NCBI GenBank assembly: GCA_012519195.1
Contig: JAAYQP010000099.1
Coordinates: 1,318 to 65,317 of the forward strand
Length of the DNA stretch: 64,000 nucleotides
Direction: 5' to 3'
Source of the DNA: Clostridiales bacterium
GTDB lineage: Bacteria; Bacillota; Clostridia; Lachnospirales; Lachnospiraceae
Below are positions 28,791 to 38,055 of this stretch, one piece after another. Position numbers and translations under genes: made by a program. The notes beneath the pieces are model-generated. The model was not told the origin of the DNA. It searched no databases and saw nothing but the letters and a program-made list of their open reading frames with translations. How positions within the stretch are numbered: the stretch's first letter is position 1; each line of letters starts with the position of its first letter.

Positions 28791-28903
28791 TTAAAATTAA
28801 TATTTATCAATAAGCTAATCTGCTTATGAAAGTATAGCAAAAGCCTATTACTGATTTTGTCAATTATTTATAGTAACTATATTTTGATTAGGAGGAATCG
28901 ATC

Positions 28904-29944
28904 ATGTTAGAAAACCTTGCAAAAATTAAAGAGCAATTTTCCAAGGAGCTGAATGCAGTAAATTCAAAGGATGAATTGGAAAAAATCAGAGTTGCATTTT
29001 TGGGAAAGAAAGGCTTGGTAACGGAAGAATTAAAGAATCTTCGAAATCTTTCTGCTGATGAAAAAAAGACTGCCGGTATGCAGGTTAACAAATTAAAACA
29101 AGAAATCGAGCAGGCAATCATAGACCACCAAAAGATCTTGGAAGAAAGAGAATATCAGAAAGAAATTGAGAATGCAGAAGTCTACGATTATTCAATCCCA
29201 TCTGAGAAACCGGTTGGAACTCTTCATCCGATTACCATTGTTCAGAAGCAAATTGAGGATATCTTTAAAACCATGGGATTTATTATCGAGGATGGTCTTG
29301 AGATTCAAACCGAATACAATAACTTCGAGGCAGTTAACATTCCCAAGAATCACCCAGCAAGGGATATGCAGGATACCTACTATTTGGAGAATGGTCAGAT
29401 ATTAAAGACCCACACTTCCGCAGCCCAGAATACTATTATGAGAAAATATGGTGCACCTAATTCTGGAGAAACACTTAAGGTGCTATTCCCAGGTAGATGT
29501 TTCCGTAATGAGAATATCGATGCTAGTCATGAGAATACCTTCTTTCAACTAGAGGGTATGATGATTGGTGAAGATATCTCTATTTCCAACCTGATATATT
29601 TCATGAAAGTTCTATTAACGGAAGTGTTCGAAAGGGATGTAAAGGTTAGGTTACGTCCAGGTTTCTTCCCATTTGTGGAGCCGGGCTTTGAACTTGATAT
29701 CAACTGTGCAATTTGCGGTGGTAGCGGATGCCCTACCTGTAAGCAATCTGGATGGCTTGAGTTACTACCCTGTGGTATGATCCATCCGAATGTTCTTCGT
29801 ATGGGAGGAATTGATCCTGATAAATACACAGGCTTTGCCTTCGGACTGGGTCTAACAAGACTTGCCATGATGAAATATAACATTAAGGATATTCGTCTGT
29901 TCAATAGCGGTAATTTAAAGCAGCTTAAGCAGTTCGTAAGATAA
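28904..29944 (+). CDS. pheS: Phenylalanine--tRNA ligase alpha subunit
   Basis: 346 aa with class II motifs (FPGRCFRNE, GFAFGLGLTRLAM). RBS AGGAGG. Confidence 0.95.
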   Translation: MLENLAKIKEQFSKELNAVNSKDELEKIRVAFLGKKGLVTEELKNLRNLSADEKKTAGMQVNKLKQEIEQAIIDHQKILEEREYQKEIENAEVYDYSIPSEKPVGTLHPITIVQKQIEDIFKTMGFIIEDGLEIQTEYNNFEAVNIPKNHPARDMQDTYYLENGQILKTHTSAAQNTIMRKYGAPNSGETLKVLFPGRCFRNENIDASHENTFFQLEGMMIGEDISISNLIYFMKVLLTEVFERDVKVRLRPGFFPFVEPGFELDINCAICGGSGCPTCKQSGWLELLPCGMIHPNVLRMGGIDPDKYTGFAFGLGLTRLAMMKYNIKDIRLFNSGNLKQLKQFVR

Positions 29945-30046
29945 ATTTATATAATTAAGCATCGATGAATTTACAATTTTGTATGAGAAAATATATTGAA
30001 TAATCGATGCATAGATGTATGGAAGGCATGTAGAAGGAGGTAAATT

Positions 30047-32428
30047 ATGCTAATATCAATGAATTGGATTTCAGAATTTACGGATTTGTCCGGTGTAGAT
30101 AAAAAGGAATTAATCAATCGCTTTACCCTATCCACAGCTGAGGTTGAAGATATCTATGAAATGGGTAAAAATATTCGAGATGTTGTTGTCGGTAAAATTG
30201 TTGAGATAAAAGATCATCCAAACTCCAAGAAGCTTCATCTGGTGAAGGTGGATATTGGATCAGAAGTGGTAGACTGTGTATGTGGCGCTCCAAATATCTT
30301 TGTAGGTGCTGTAGTACCCTTTGCAAAGTTTGGGGGCCAGGTTGGTGACCTGGAGATCAAGGAGACCAAAATTGCAGGAGAAATTAGCCGAGGAATGTGC
30401 TGTTCAGAGAAAGAATTGGGAATTAGCGAGGACCATTCCGGTCTTATGATCCTAGATGACAGCTATCCCTTGGGTACCGATATTAAAGAGTTTATGCAAT
30501 TGGATGATATTATCTTTGAAGTAGATAATAAATCCTTAACGAATCGCCCGGATCTTTGGGGACATTATGGAATTGCAAGGGAGATATCTGTTCTCACTAA
30601 GCGTCCATTAAAGCCTTTGGATGTAGTTGATACCAGCGTATTTAAGGAGCTCTCACCCATTGATGTTAAGGTGGAGGACACGGATAAATGTTATCGCTAT
30701 AGTTGTATAGCAGTTAAGAATATTAAAGAGAAGAAATCTCCAATCAACATGAAAATTCGTCTCACCTACTGTGGTATGAGACCGATCAATCTTCTGGCCG
30801 ATTTAACCAACTATCTTATGATGGAACTGGGTCAGCCGATGCATGCTTTTGACTATGGTAATGTTTCCAAGATTCGTGTAAAGACCTTCTCCGAACCAAT
30901 CGAATTTCTTACCCTAGATGGTAATATGAGAAAGGTAGATACCGATACCTTGATGATCTGTGATGATAAGGAACCCAATGGAATTGCGGGTATCATGGGC
31001 GGTGAGTTATCCGAGATTACAGACCATACAGACTCTGTATTGCTAGAATCAGCAAACTTCGATGCAACGACTATAAGGAAATCATCCGTTCGTTTGGGAT
31101 TACGTACCGATGCCAGTGCAAGATATGAAAAAACATTGGATCCGGAGCTTACAGTTCCTGCTATTGAGCGTTTCCTTAAACTTCTCTTAGACATCGATCC
31201 CGGTGCAGAGGTGTTCTCTTCCCTTACCGATTGCTATGTAAAGCGCTATGACACTATTTCCATTGAATTTGACAAAGCTTATGTCGATAAATATACGGGT
31301 ATTGATATTTCTTCCGATCAAATCGAGGAGACCTTAACCGCATTGGGCTTTGAGCTGACTCGTAACCAAGATTCCTTCAAAGTTACGGTTCCTTCTTGGA
31401 GAGCAACTAAGGATGTCACTATGAAAGCGGATATTATTGAGGAGATTACCCGTATCTATGGCTATGACAATTTTGAGGTGAAATCGACCAAGAGTCTTTT
31501 AACTCCGGTAAGACATAGCATCGAAAGAAATGATGAGTATCGTATGAAACTTCTACTGGCAGAGCGTTATGCCATGAACGAGGTACACAGCTATATCTGG
31601 TATGAGAGCAAGTTAAATAAGGAAATGGGTATACAAACTGAGAAGAATATCCGTATCATCAACTCGGTAACAGCAGAAAATGATACCATCCGTTCCACAA
31701 TAATCCCTAGCCTCCTTGGCTTTGTATACAAGAATGTGGATACCAATCCTGAGATGGGAATGTTTGAAATTGGCCGGGTAGCCAATGGGTTAAAAGAGGA
31801 CGGTCTTTGCGATGAAAGAAAGCGTCTAGGTCTCGTTCTTGCAAGTAAGAAAATGAGTGAGAAAGAGGTTTATTTCAAAGTCAAAGAAATCCTTGAGCAA
31901 TTAATCTTCGTTGTTAAGAATATAAAACCTTCCTTTAGCCCTAATCCAGAATTAACCAAGTACAACTATGTACACCCAGTAAATTCTGCTAGCATTAACT
32001 TGGAGGGCTGTGAGATTGGTTACTTCTCTGTTCTAAACCCTAGAGTAAGAAATAATATAGATAAGAAGCTTAATGTTGTATTTGCTGAAATTGATATTGA
32101 GTTAATGGAGCAGATCGATGTGAAGCCGCTTAGCTATAAGGAAGTATCCAAATATCCTGGCGTTACGGTTGATCTTAGTTTGCTTGCAGATAAATCTATG
32201 CGTTATGAAAATATTGCAGCAGCAATCAATGAGTATCAATGTGAATACCTGCAGAGCTATCATTTAGTTGATATCTTTGAGGATGAAAAATTATTGCCAG
32301 GTAAGAAGAGTGTTACGATTCGTTTTGATTTTGTATCCATGGATCGGACCTTGGAAGGTCAGGAGATCTCTACAATGGTGGATGAGTTGCTAGCAATTCT
32401 TAAGGGTAAAGGAATTGAATTAAGATAG
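30047..32428 (+). CDS. pheT: Phenylalanine--tRNA ligase beta subunit
   Basis: 793 aa with the N-terminal MLISMNWISEF... tRNA-binding domain and the B3/4, B5 and FDX-ACB layout. Confidence 0.95.
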   Translation: MLISMNWISEFTDLSGVDKKELINRFTLSTAEVEDIYEMGKNIRDVVVGKIVEIKDHPNSKKLHLVKVDIGSEVVDCVCGAPNIFVGAVVPFAKFGGQVGDLEIKETKIAGEISRGMCCSEKELGISEDHSGLMILDDSYPLGTDIKEFMQLDDIIFEVDNKSLTNRPDLWGHYGIAREISVLTKRPLKPLDVVDTSVFKELSPIDVKVEDTDKCYRYSCIAVKNIKEKKSPINMKIRLTYCGMRPINLLADLTNYLMMELGQPMHAFDYGNVSKIRVKTFSEPIEFLTLDGNMRKVDTDTLMICDDKEPNGIAGIMGGELSEITDHTDSVLLESANFDATTIRKSSVRLGLRTDASARYEKTLDPELTVPAIERFLKLLLDIDPGAEVFSSLTDCYVKRYDTISIEFDKAYVDKYTGIDISSDQIEETLTALGFELTRNQDSFKVTVPSWRATKDVTMKADIIEEITRIYGYDNFEVKSTKSLLTPVRHSIERNDEYRMKLLLAERYAMNEVHSYIWYESKLNKEMGIQTEKNIRIINSVTAENDTIRSTIIPSLLGFVYKNVDTNPEMGMFEIGRVANGLKEDGLCDERKRLGLVLASKKMSEKEVYFKVKEILEQLIFVVKNIKPSFSPNPELTKYNYVHPVNSASINLEGCEIGYFSVLNPRVRNNIDKKLNVVFAEIDIELMEQIDVKPLSYKEVSKYPGVTVDLSLLADKSMRYENIAAAINEYQCEYLQSYHLVDIFEDEKLLPGKKSVTIRFDFVSMDRTLEGQEISTMVDELLAILKGKGIELR

Positions 32429-32486
32429 CTTATTTATTTTAATATTATATTATTATCGAATTGGTGATTGCTTATAAAAAATAAAG

Positions 32487-32545
32487 GAAAACAGTTCTAT
32501 TATTCATAAATCGATGTATCATGAATATAGAACTGTTTTCTTACA
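32487..32545 (+). terminator. Terminator of pheST
   Basis: gaaaacagttctat / atagaactgttttc 14-bp stem (with an inner tattcat..atgaata helix) followed by ttac. It overlaps the ORF-track extension of the next gene, which argues for the later start at 32577. Confidence 0.65.
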
Positions 32546-32576
32546 TTGTTACCTATCCTTTGAAAGGGTGAGATCT

Positions 32577-33131
32577 ATGATACAGCATTTAGGAACCAAT
32601 TCGATTGAAACGATCCGATTACTTTTAAGAAGATTTGAACGAAAGGATACAAAAGATATGTTTCATAACTGGGCTGGTGATCCTGAGGTATGCAAATACC
32701 TTTCCTGGGGACCTCACAGTGATATCTCAGTTACAAGAACACGGATTGAGAGTTGGATTAACCAATACAATTTTGAGAATACCTATGTATGGGCGATTGA
32801 GCTAAAAAGTAAAAAACAAGTTATTGGGTCTATTAGTGTTGAAATTCATGATGATTTAAAGAAAACTTGTGAAATAGGATACTGTTTGGGAAAGGAATAT
32901 TGGAATCAGGGCATCATGACAGAAGCGCTTCGTGCAGTTATGCAATATCTATTTTTTGAGATTGGCTATGAGAGAATCGTTGCAAAACATGATATCTTAA
33001 ATCCAGCTTCAGGAAGAGTAATGCAAAAGGTGGGGATGCAGTTTGAAAAAATGCTGTATAATGTCAGTAGGCGTAGGGATGGCACATTATGTGATTGCGC
33101 CCTTTATGGAAAGAATGTAGGGGACGATTAG
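32577..33131 (+). CDS. GNAT family N-acetyltransferase (RimJ/RimL-like)
   Basis: Typical LETxRLxLRxFxxxDxxxxxxWxxDPEVxKYL start and acetyl-CoA motif WNQGIMTEA. ATG 32577 follows AAAGGGTGAG. Confidence 0.85.
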   Translation: MIQHLGTNSIETIRLLLRRFERKDTKDMFHNWAGDPEVCKYLSWGPHSDISVTRTRIESWINQYNFENTYVWAIELKSKKQVIGSISVEIHDDLKKTCEIGYCLGKEYWNQGIMTEALRAVMQYLFFEIGYERIVAKHDILNPASGRVMQKVGMQFEKMLYNVSRRRDGTLCDCALYGKNVGDD

Positions 33132-33144
33132 AAATGAAATCACT

Positions 33145-33172
33145 TTGCAAAAGGTAAAGCTTATATTATAAT
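33145..33172 (+). promoter_or_regulatory. Sigma-A promoter upstream of mscL
   Basis: TTGCAA (33145-33150), a 16-nt spacer, then TATAAT (33167-33172). Confidence 0.45.
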
Positions 33173-33338
33173 AAATTTATCGAATATAATCGGGTATTTA
33201 TTTAATAATATTGCTTATGATAATATACGAATGATAGGTGGTATCTAAATGAGTAGGAAAGAGAAAAAGGCCAAAGATTTCATTAATCAGGTTAACGAGA
33301 AAACACTAGACCTCATAGATTACGAAGGAGGTAGTAAA

Positions 33339-33827
33339 TTGCTAAAGGAATTTAAAAAATTTGCTTTAAAGGGTAATATGATTGATCTAGCAGTAGGTAT
33401 CATTATTGGTGGTGCATTTACTTCCATTGTAAACTCGCTGGTTAATGATATTATTATGCCTATCTTAAGTATTTTTACGAAGAATATCAATTTTACAAAT
33501 CTGTTTATCTCATTAGATGGTAAGAAATATGAAACCTTGGAAGCAGCTAAGGCAGCAGAGGCAGCAACCTTAAATTATGGTGCCTTTCTTACTGGAGTCT
33601 TAAATTTTTTAATTATGGCTTTTGTAGTTTTTCTATTGGTTCGATGGATTAATAAGTTTAAGAAACCAGATGCGCCGGCAGCGCCAGCAACGAAGCAATG
33701 TCCTTATTGCATTACGGATATTAATATAAATGCTACCAAATGTCCTCATTGTACTGCGGATATCGATACAGCAGATAATGATGAAGCAGATAAAGATAAA
33801 GCGGATACGAAACAAGAGCAGAAGTAG
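33339..33827 (+). CDS. mscL: Large-conductance mechanosensitive channel MscL with C-terminal CxxC...CxxC tail
   Basis: TTG 33339 lies 7 nt after GAAGGAGG and gives the canonical MscL start M-LKEFKKFALKGNMIDLAVGIIIGGAF. The ORF track starts 30 codons upstream at ATG 33249. The tail contains CPYC(x13)CPHC. Confidence 0.85.
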   Translation: MLKEFKKFALKGNMIDLAVGIIIGGAFTSIVNSLVNDIIMPILSIFTKNINFTNLFISLDGKKYETLEAAKAAEAATLNYGAFLTGVLNFLIMAFVVFLLVRWINKFKKPDAPAAPATKQCPYCITDININATKCPHCTADIDTADNDEADKDKADTKQEQK

Positions 33828-33928
33828 AAGTATCATCCATGGTTACTTTATGTGAGGATAGTAGATAGGATTACCTTAACATGATATCCTATGGTAAAAA
33901 GTGAATTAGACAGGTTAGGAGTAGAAAT

Positions 33929-34447
33929 ATGTTACGCAGATTTTATCCAAAGAGAATTTCTGATTCGGCTTATAAAATTAATTATGAGAAATTATATGAA
34001 GAAGGCTATCGGGGAATCCTGTTTGATATTGACAATACCTTGGTAGAGCATGGTGCAGATGCAAGTGAAAGGGCGATTAAATTATTTGACCGTTTGAAAA
34101 AAATAGGATTTCAAGTCTGCCTGATTTCGAACAATAAAAAAGAGCGGGTCATGTCATTTAACCGTGATATTCAGGTAAATTATATCTATAATGCCCGTAA
34201 ACCATCTAGGAAGAATTATATCGCGGCCACAAAGATGATGGGAACCAAGATCGAGAATACAGTGTTTGTCGGAGATCAGCTATTTACCGATGTATATGGC
34301 GCCAATCGGATCGGTATGATGACTTATTGGGTAAAACCGATCCATCCTAAGGAAGAAATTCAAATCGTTTTTAAGCGTAAACTAGAAAGGATTGTTCTTC
34401 ATTTTTATCGTAAAGATCTAAAAAGAGGCAAGATTAAAGCAGAATAA
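33929..34447 (+). CDS. yqeG: YqeG-family HAD-IIIA phosphatase
   Basis: GILFDIDNTL (DxDxT), SNN, and GDQLFTDVYGANRIG are typical of the YqeG family. Confidence 0.88.
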   Translation: MLRRFYPKRISDSAYKINYEKLYEEGYRGILFDIDNTLVEHGADASERAIKLFDRLKKIGFQVCLISNNKKERVMSFNRDIQVNYIYNARKPSRKNYIAATKMMGTKIENTVFVGDQLFTDVYGANRIGMMTYWVKPIHPKEEIQIVFKRKLERIVLHFYRKDLKRGKIKAE

Positions 34448-34473
34448 ATATTAAATTCTAGATGAGGGATACA

Positions 34474-35061
34474 ATGAAATATAAAATAAATCAAAACATT
34501 GTGCTAATAGGTTTTATGGGAGCGGGCAAGACCTGTATCGGTAGACGATTGGCAAGACGCTTAAAGCTTCCATTTGAAGATACGGATTCTTTCATTGAGA
34601 AGAAGGAGCAATGCAGCATTCGTCAGATCTTTGAAACTCATGGAGAAGAGTACTTTCGTGATCTGGAGACAGAACTTTTACTGGAATTAAAGAAATCCAA
34701 TCAGCTAAGGATCCTTTCCACCGGAGGAGGATTACCGATGAGGGAGCAGAATCGATTACTTCTTCGAGAGATTGGACATGTGGTTTACTTGCAGGCTTAT
34801 AAGGACACCATTATCCAAAGGCTTGCCGGTGATACAAGTAGGCCGCTATTACAGGGAGAAGAGCTTGCTATTAAAGTGGATAAGCTGTTGGCTATCCGAG
34901 CTCCGTTTTATGAAGCAACAGCCCATACAATCATTTCTACTGATGGTAAAACAATTGATGAGGTTACGCAGATCATCATAGATCGAATGATAAGCGGAGA
35001 GGAGGTTGAAAATGAAAATCTTAGTAGTGAACGGACCCAATCTGAATTTCCTTGGAATTAG
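34474..35061 (+). CDS. aroK: Shikimate kinase
   Basis: IVLIGFMGAGKTCIGRRLA Walker A and DTD shikimate-binding motif. ATG 34474 follows GAGGGA. The 3' end overlaps aroQ by 50 nt. Confidence 0.85.
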   Translation: MKYKINQNIVLIGFMGAGKTCIGRRLARRLKLPFEDTDSFIEKKEQCSIRQIFETHGEEYFRDLETELLLELKKSNQLRILSTGGGLPMREQNRLLLREIGHVVYLQAYKDTIIQRLAGDTSRPLLQGEELAIKVDKLLAIRAPFYEATAHTIISTDGKTIDEVTQIIIDRMISGEEVENENLSSERTQSEFPWN

Positions 35062-35479
35062 GGAAAAAGGTATCTATGGCAGTCAGGATTATAATTATCT
35101 TCTAGGATTATTGGAGCAAAAAGCTATCGCTTGTAATATTACAATCGAAACCTTTCAAAGCAATAGCGAGGGTGAGCTTATCGATCGTATTCAAAAGGCA
35201 TATTTTGATGAAGTAGATGGAATTATCATAAATCCGGGGGCTTTTACTCATTATAGCTATGCGATACGTGATGCTTTGGCTTCCATAACTGTTCCAAAGA
35301 TTGAGGTACATATCTCCAATATCCATCAAAGGGAAGAATTTCGCCAAACATCCGTTACAGCGGCGAGCTGCAGTGGACAAATTGCAGGACTGGGGCTTCA
35401 GGGATATCTTCTGGCCGTTGATGCTATAATAAATATGACCGAAGAAAATCATATAAGTAGTGAGCAATCGAAGCCGTAA
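35012..35479 (+). CDS. aroQ: Type II 3-dehydroquinate dehydratase
   Basis: MKILVVNGPNLNFLGIRE...INPGAFTHYS...EVHISNIHQRE are type II DHQase motifs. ATG 35012 follows GAGGAGG. Confidence 0.93.
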   Translation: MKILVVNGPNLNFLGIREKGIYGSQDYNYLLGLLEQKAIACNITIETFQSNSEGELIDRIQKAYFDEVDGIIINPGAFTHYSYAIRDALASITVPKIEVHISNIHQREEFRQTSVTAASCSGQIAGLGLQGYLLAVDAIINMTEENHISSEQSKP

Positions 35480-35574
35480 ATGCTGGTAAGATATAGGGAG
35501 AATTCCCTTTCCGGTTCTGCACAGTATAGCTTTAAAAAATAATAGAATGAATATGTATAGGAATGGAGATTAGA

Positions 35575-36642
35575 ATGAATAACTATAGAAAAGTACAAGA
35601 AATATTACAAAAACTTGATATTGATGCGGTATTGATATCTAATGGAAACAATATGTATTATGTCAGTGGCTTTGCCGGTGAAACTGGTTATGTTTATATA
35701 TCTCAAAAAACACATGCTGTCATTACGGATTTCCGTTATACCATTCAAGCAGAAATGGAGGCGGAAGGTTATGAAATCATTACCATTGGAAACGGTGGAT
35801 ATGAGGAAGCCATCAATGACATGCTAACATCAGAGCAAATTAATCGATTAGGCTTTGAAGCTGAGGACATGCTTTATGCAACCTACCACAAACTGAAAGA
35901 AGGCCTTAATGTTAAAGAATTAGTTCCTCTTGGAGATGAAATTACCCGCCTAAGAAGAATTAAGACACCTCAGGAATTAGAGTATATTAAAAAAGCAGAA
36001 TCTATCGGTGACGAGGTATTTCGTGAGATCCTTGACTTTATCAAACCTGGAATGACGGAGCTGGAGATTGCTGCAAAAATTGAATATCTCTTAAAAATGA
36101 AGGGAGCTCAAAAAAGTAGCTTTCCTGCTATCGTAGCTTCTGGAATCAATTCCTCCATGCCCCATGCGGTTCCATCCCAGAAGAAGATTGAGAAAGGTGA
36201 TTTCCTTACCTTGGATTTTGGTTGTGTCTATGAGGGATATTGTTCTGATATGACAAGAACTATTGTTATAGGAAAAGCCAGTGATCAACAGAAGGAAGTA
36301 TATAACACCGTATTAAAAGCACAATTGGCGGTATTAGATTTTATAAAGGCCGGATATCAAGGCAAAGAGATTGATAAAGTTGCTAGGGATATTATTTATA
36401 AGGCAGGCTATGAGGGTTGCTTTGGTCATGGACTTGGGCATAGTGTTGGTCTCTTCATTCATGAAAATCCAAGACTATCTCCAACGGAGGAAGAAGTGAT
36501 TTTAGCTGGAATGACGGAAACGATAGAACCCGGTATTTACATCAAAGGATTTGGTGGTGTAAGAATCGAAGATCTGGTAGTTGTGACTGAAACCGGCTGT
36601 GAGAACTTCACTCATTCAGAGAAGAACCTAATCGAATTATAA
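35575..36642 (+). CDS. pepP: M24-family Xaa-Pro aminopeptidase
   Basis: Creatinase-like N-domain plus pita-bread metal ligands (DFGCVYEGYCSDMTR, HGLGHSVG, IEPG, RIED). Confidence 0.9.
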   Translation: MNNYRKVQEILQKLDIDAVLISNGNNMYYVSGFAGETGYVYISQKTHAVITDFRYTIQAEMEAEGYEIITIGNGGYEEAINDMLTSEQINRLGFEAEDMLYATYHKLKEGLNVKELVPLGDEITRLRRIKTPQELEYIKKAESIGDEVFREILDFIKPGMTELEIAAKIEYLLKMKGAQKSSFPAIVASGINSSMPHAVPSQKKIEKGDFLTLDFGCVYEGYCSDMTRTIVIGKASDQQKEVYNTVLKAQLAVLDFIKAGYQGKEIDKVARDIIYKAGYEGCFGHGLGHSVGLFIHENPRLSPTEEEVILAGMTETIEPGIYIKGFGGVRIEDLVVVTETGCENFTHSEKNLIEL

Positions 36643-36776
36643 AAGTTGAGTCAATGGATATAGTTTCTTGAAGGTTTACTTTATTTTCAATAAATACAGC
36701 CAGAAAAAAACTGTTGCAAAAATTGTCAGTTTATTATACACTAAGGTGTGATTAATGTTAAGGAGGAGTTATAATT

Positions 36777-37334
36777 ATGGTTTCAGCAGGCGATTTTAGA
36801 AACGGCTTAACGGTTGAAATAGAAGGTATCGTATATCAGATCATAGAGTTTCAGCATGTAAAACCGGGGAAAGGTGCTGCATTTGTTAGAACAAAATTAA
36901 AAGATATTAAGAACGGTGGTGTAGTTGAAAAAACATTCCGCCCTACTGAGAAATATCCTCAGGCACATATTGATCGAAATGATATGCAATATCTTTATAA
37001 TGATGGTGATCTTTATTACTTTATGAATACTGAAACATACGATCAAATTGCTATGTCCAAAGATGATATTGGTGATACTCTTACCTTTGTGAAGGAAAAT
37101 GAAATGGTTAAGATGCTATCCCATAAGGGACAGGTATTTGCAATTGAGCCTCCACTATTTGTTGAACTTGTGGTTACCGATACAGAGCCTGGCTTTAAGG
37201 GCGATACTGCTACTGGAGCATCTAAGCCAGCAGTAGTAGAGACTGGAGCAACTGTATATGTTCCTTTATTTGTTGAGCAAGGCGATACGATCAGTATTGA
37301 TACAAGAACCGGAGAGTATATGAAGAGAGTTTAA
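36777..37334 (+). CDS. efp: Translation elongation factor P
   Basis: 185 aa with ...[18 protein letters not shown]..., the conserved KPGKG loop. Confidence 0.96.
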   Translation: MVSAGDFRNGLTVEIEGIVYQIIEFQHVKPGKGAAFVRTKLKDIKNGGVVEKTFRPTEKYPQAHIDRNDMQYLYNDGDLYYFMNTETYDQIAMSKDDIGDTLTFVKENEMVKMLSHKGQVFAIEPPLFVELVVTDTEPGFKGDTATGASKPAVVETGATVYVPLFVEQGDTISIDTRTGEYMKRV

Positions 37335-37344
37335 TGCCTGGCAT

Positions 37345-37384
37345 AAAAGGGTGTCGCACGAAATATGCGACTCCCCTTTTTTTG
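37345..37384 (+). terminator. Terminator of efp
   Basis: aaaagggtgtcgca / tgcgactcccctttt stem followed by a T-run. Confidence 0.7.
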
Positions 37385-37420
37385 TAAATATATAAAAGTA
37401 GCATATGATATGCTGTTCAT

Positions 37421-37578
37421 AAAAGTAGGGTGTGATTATTGTTCCATAAGTAGACCATTTGTCGCCATTGGTACTTAGCTTGTGGCAGATATACTTATCT
37501 GGCACAAGCTTATGTACCGTTATGTGCGACAATCAATTTAAACGTGTCTACGTTGGATAATAATCACACCCTATTTTT
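37421..37578. repeat. Long hairpin element (family A, copy 2), core 37458-37532
   Basis: Homologous to 1591-1744. Internal arms are tagggtgtgattatt / aataatcacacccta, ttgtcgc / gcgacaa and agcttgtggcagata / tatctggcacaagct. Confidence 0.8.
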
Positions 37579-37588
37579 TTAAGACTCC

Positions 37589-38011
37589 TTAAAATTCCAT
37601 CAAATTAAGCCCTATTTCATCACTGAATCCTCGATTAACCTTTCCGTCTATTATAGTTACAATAATTTCACCAGTTGCGCTAATCGTTGCGCTGCTTAGA
37701 TGCCCCGCATAGGTTTCATTGGTTTCAACATTTCCTAATACGATATGCAAATGAAGATAAGGTTCCTCACCCATAAGGGTTAGATTGCCGGTAAGGGAAG
37801 CGATTTCATAATCACCGGTATATTCCTTACTGTAATATGTTTTGGAAGCAGTATGAAAGATCCCCACAACTGCCTTATTAACAGCACCTATTCCGCTGAC
37901 ACTCCCGAGTCTTATTCCTTCTGAAATACATAACTGCTTTAATCCGGAGATGATTTCTTCTCCTTTCTCCATACGTAGAACAATCGTATTCCCAAATCTC
38001 TTATATTCCAT
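37589..38011 (-). CDS. PPC-domain (DUF296) DNA-binding protein
   Basis: 140 aa. The pattern ...SGIGAV..., LTGNL and HLHIVLG is typical of DUF296/PPC. Confidence 0.8.
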   Translation of the reverse strand: MEYKRFGNTIVLRMEKGEEIISGLKQLCISEGIRLGSVSGIGAVNKAVVGIFHTASKTYYSKEYTGDYEIASLTGNLTLMGEEPYLHLHIVLGNVETNETYAGHLSSATISATGEIIVTIIDGKVNRGFSDEIGLNLMEF

Positions 38012-38055
38012 AAGTATACCTGCCTTTCTGTATATTTATCTTTTCTATAGATCCA

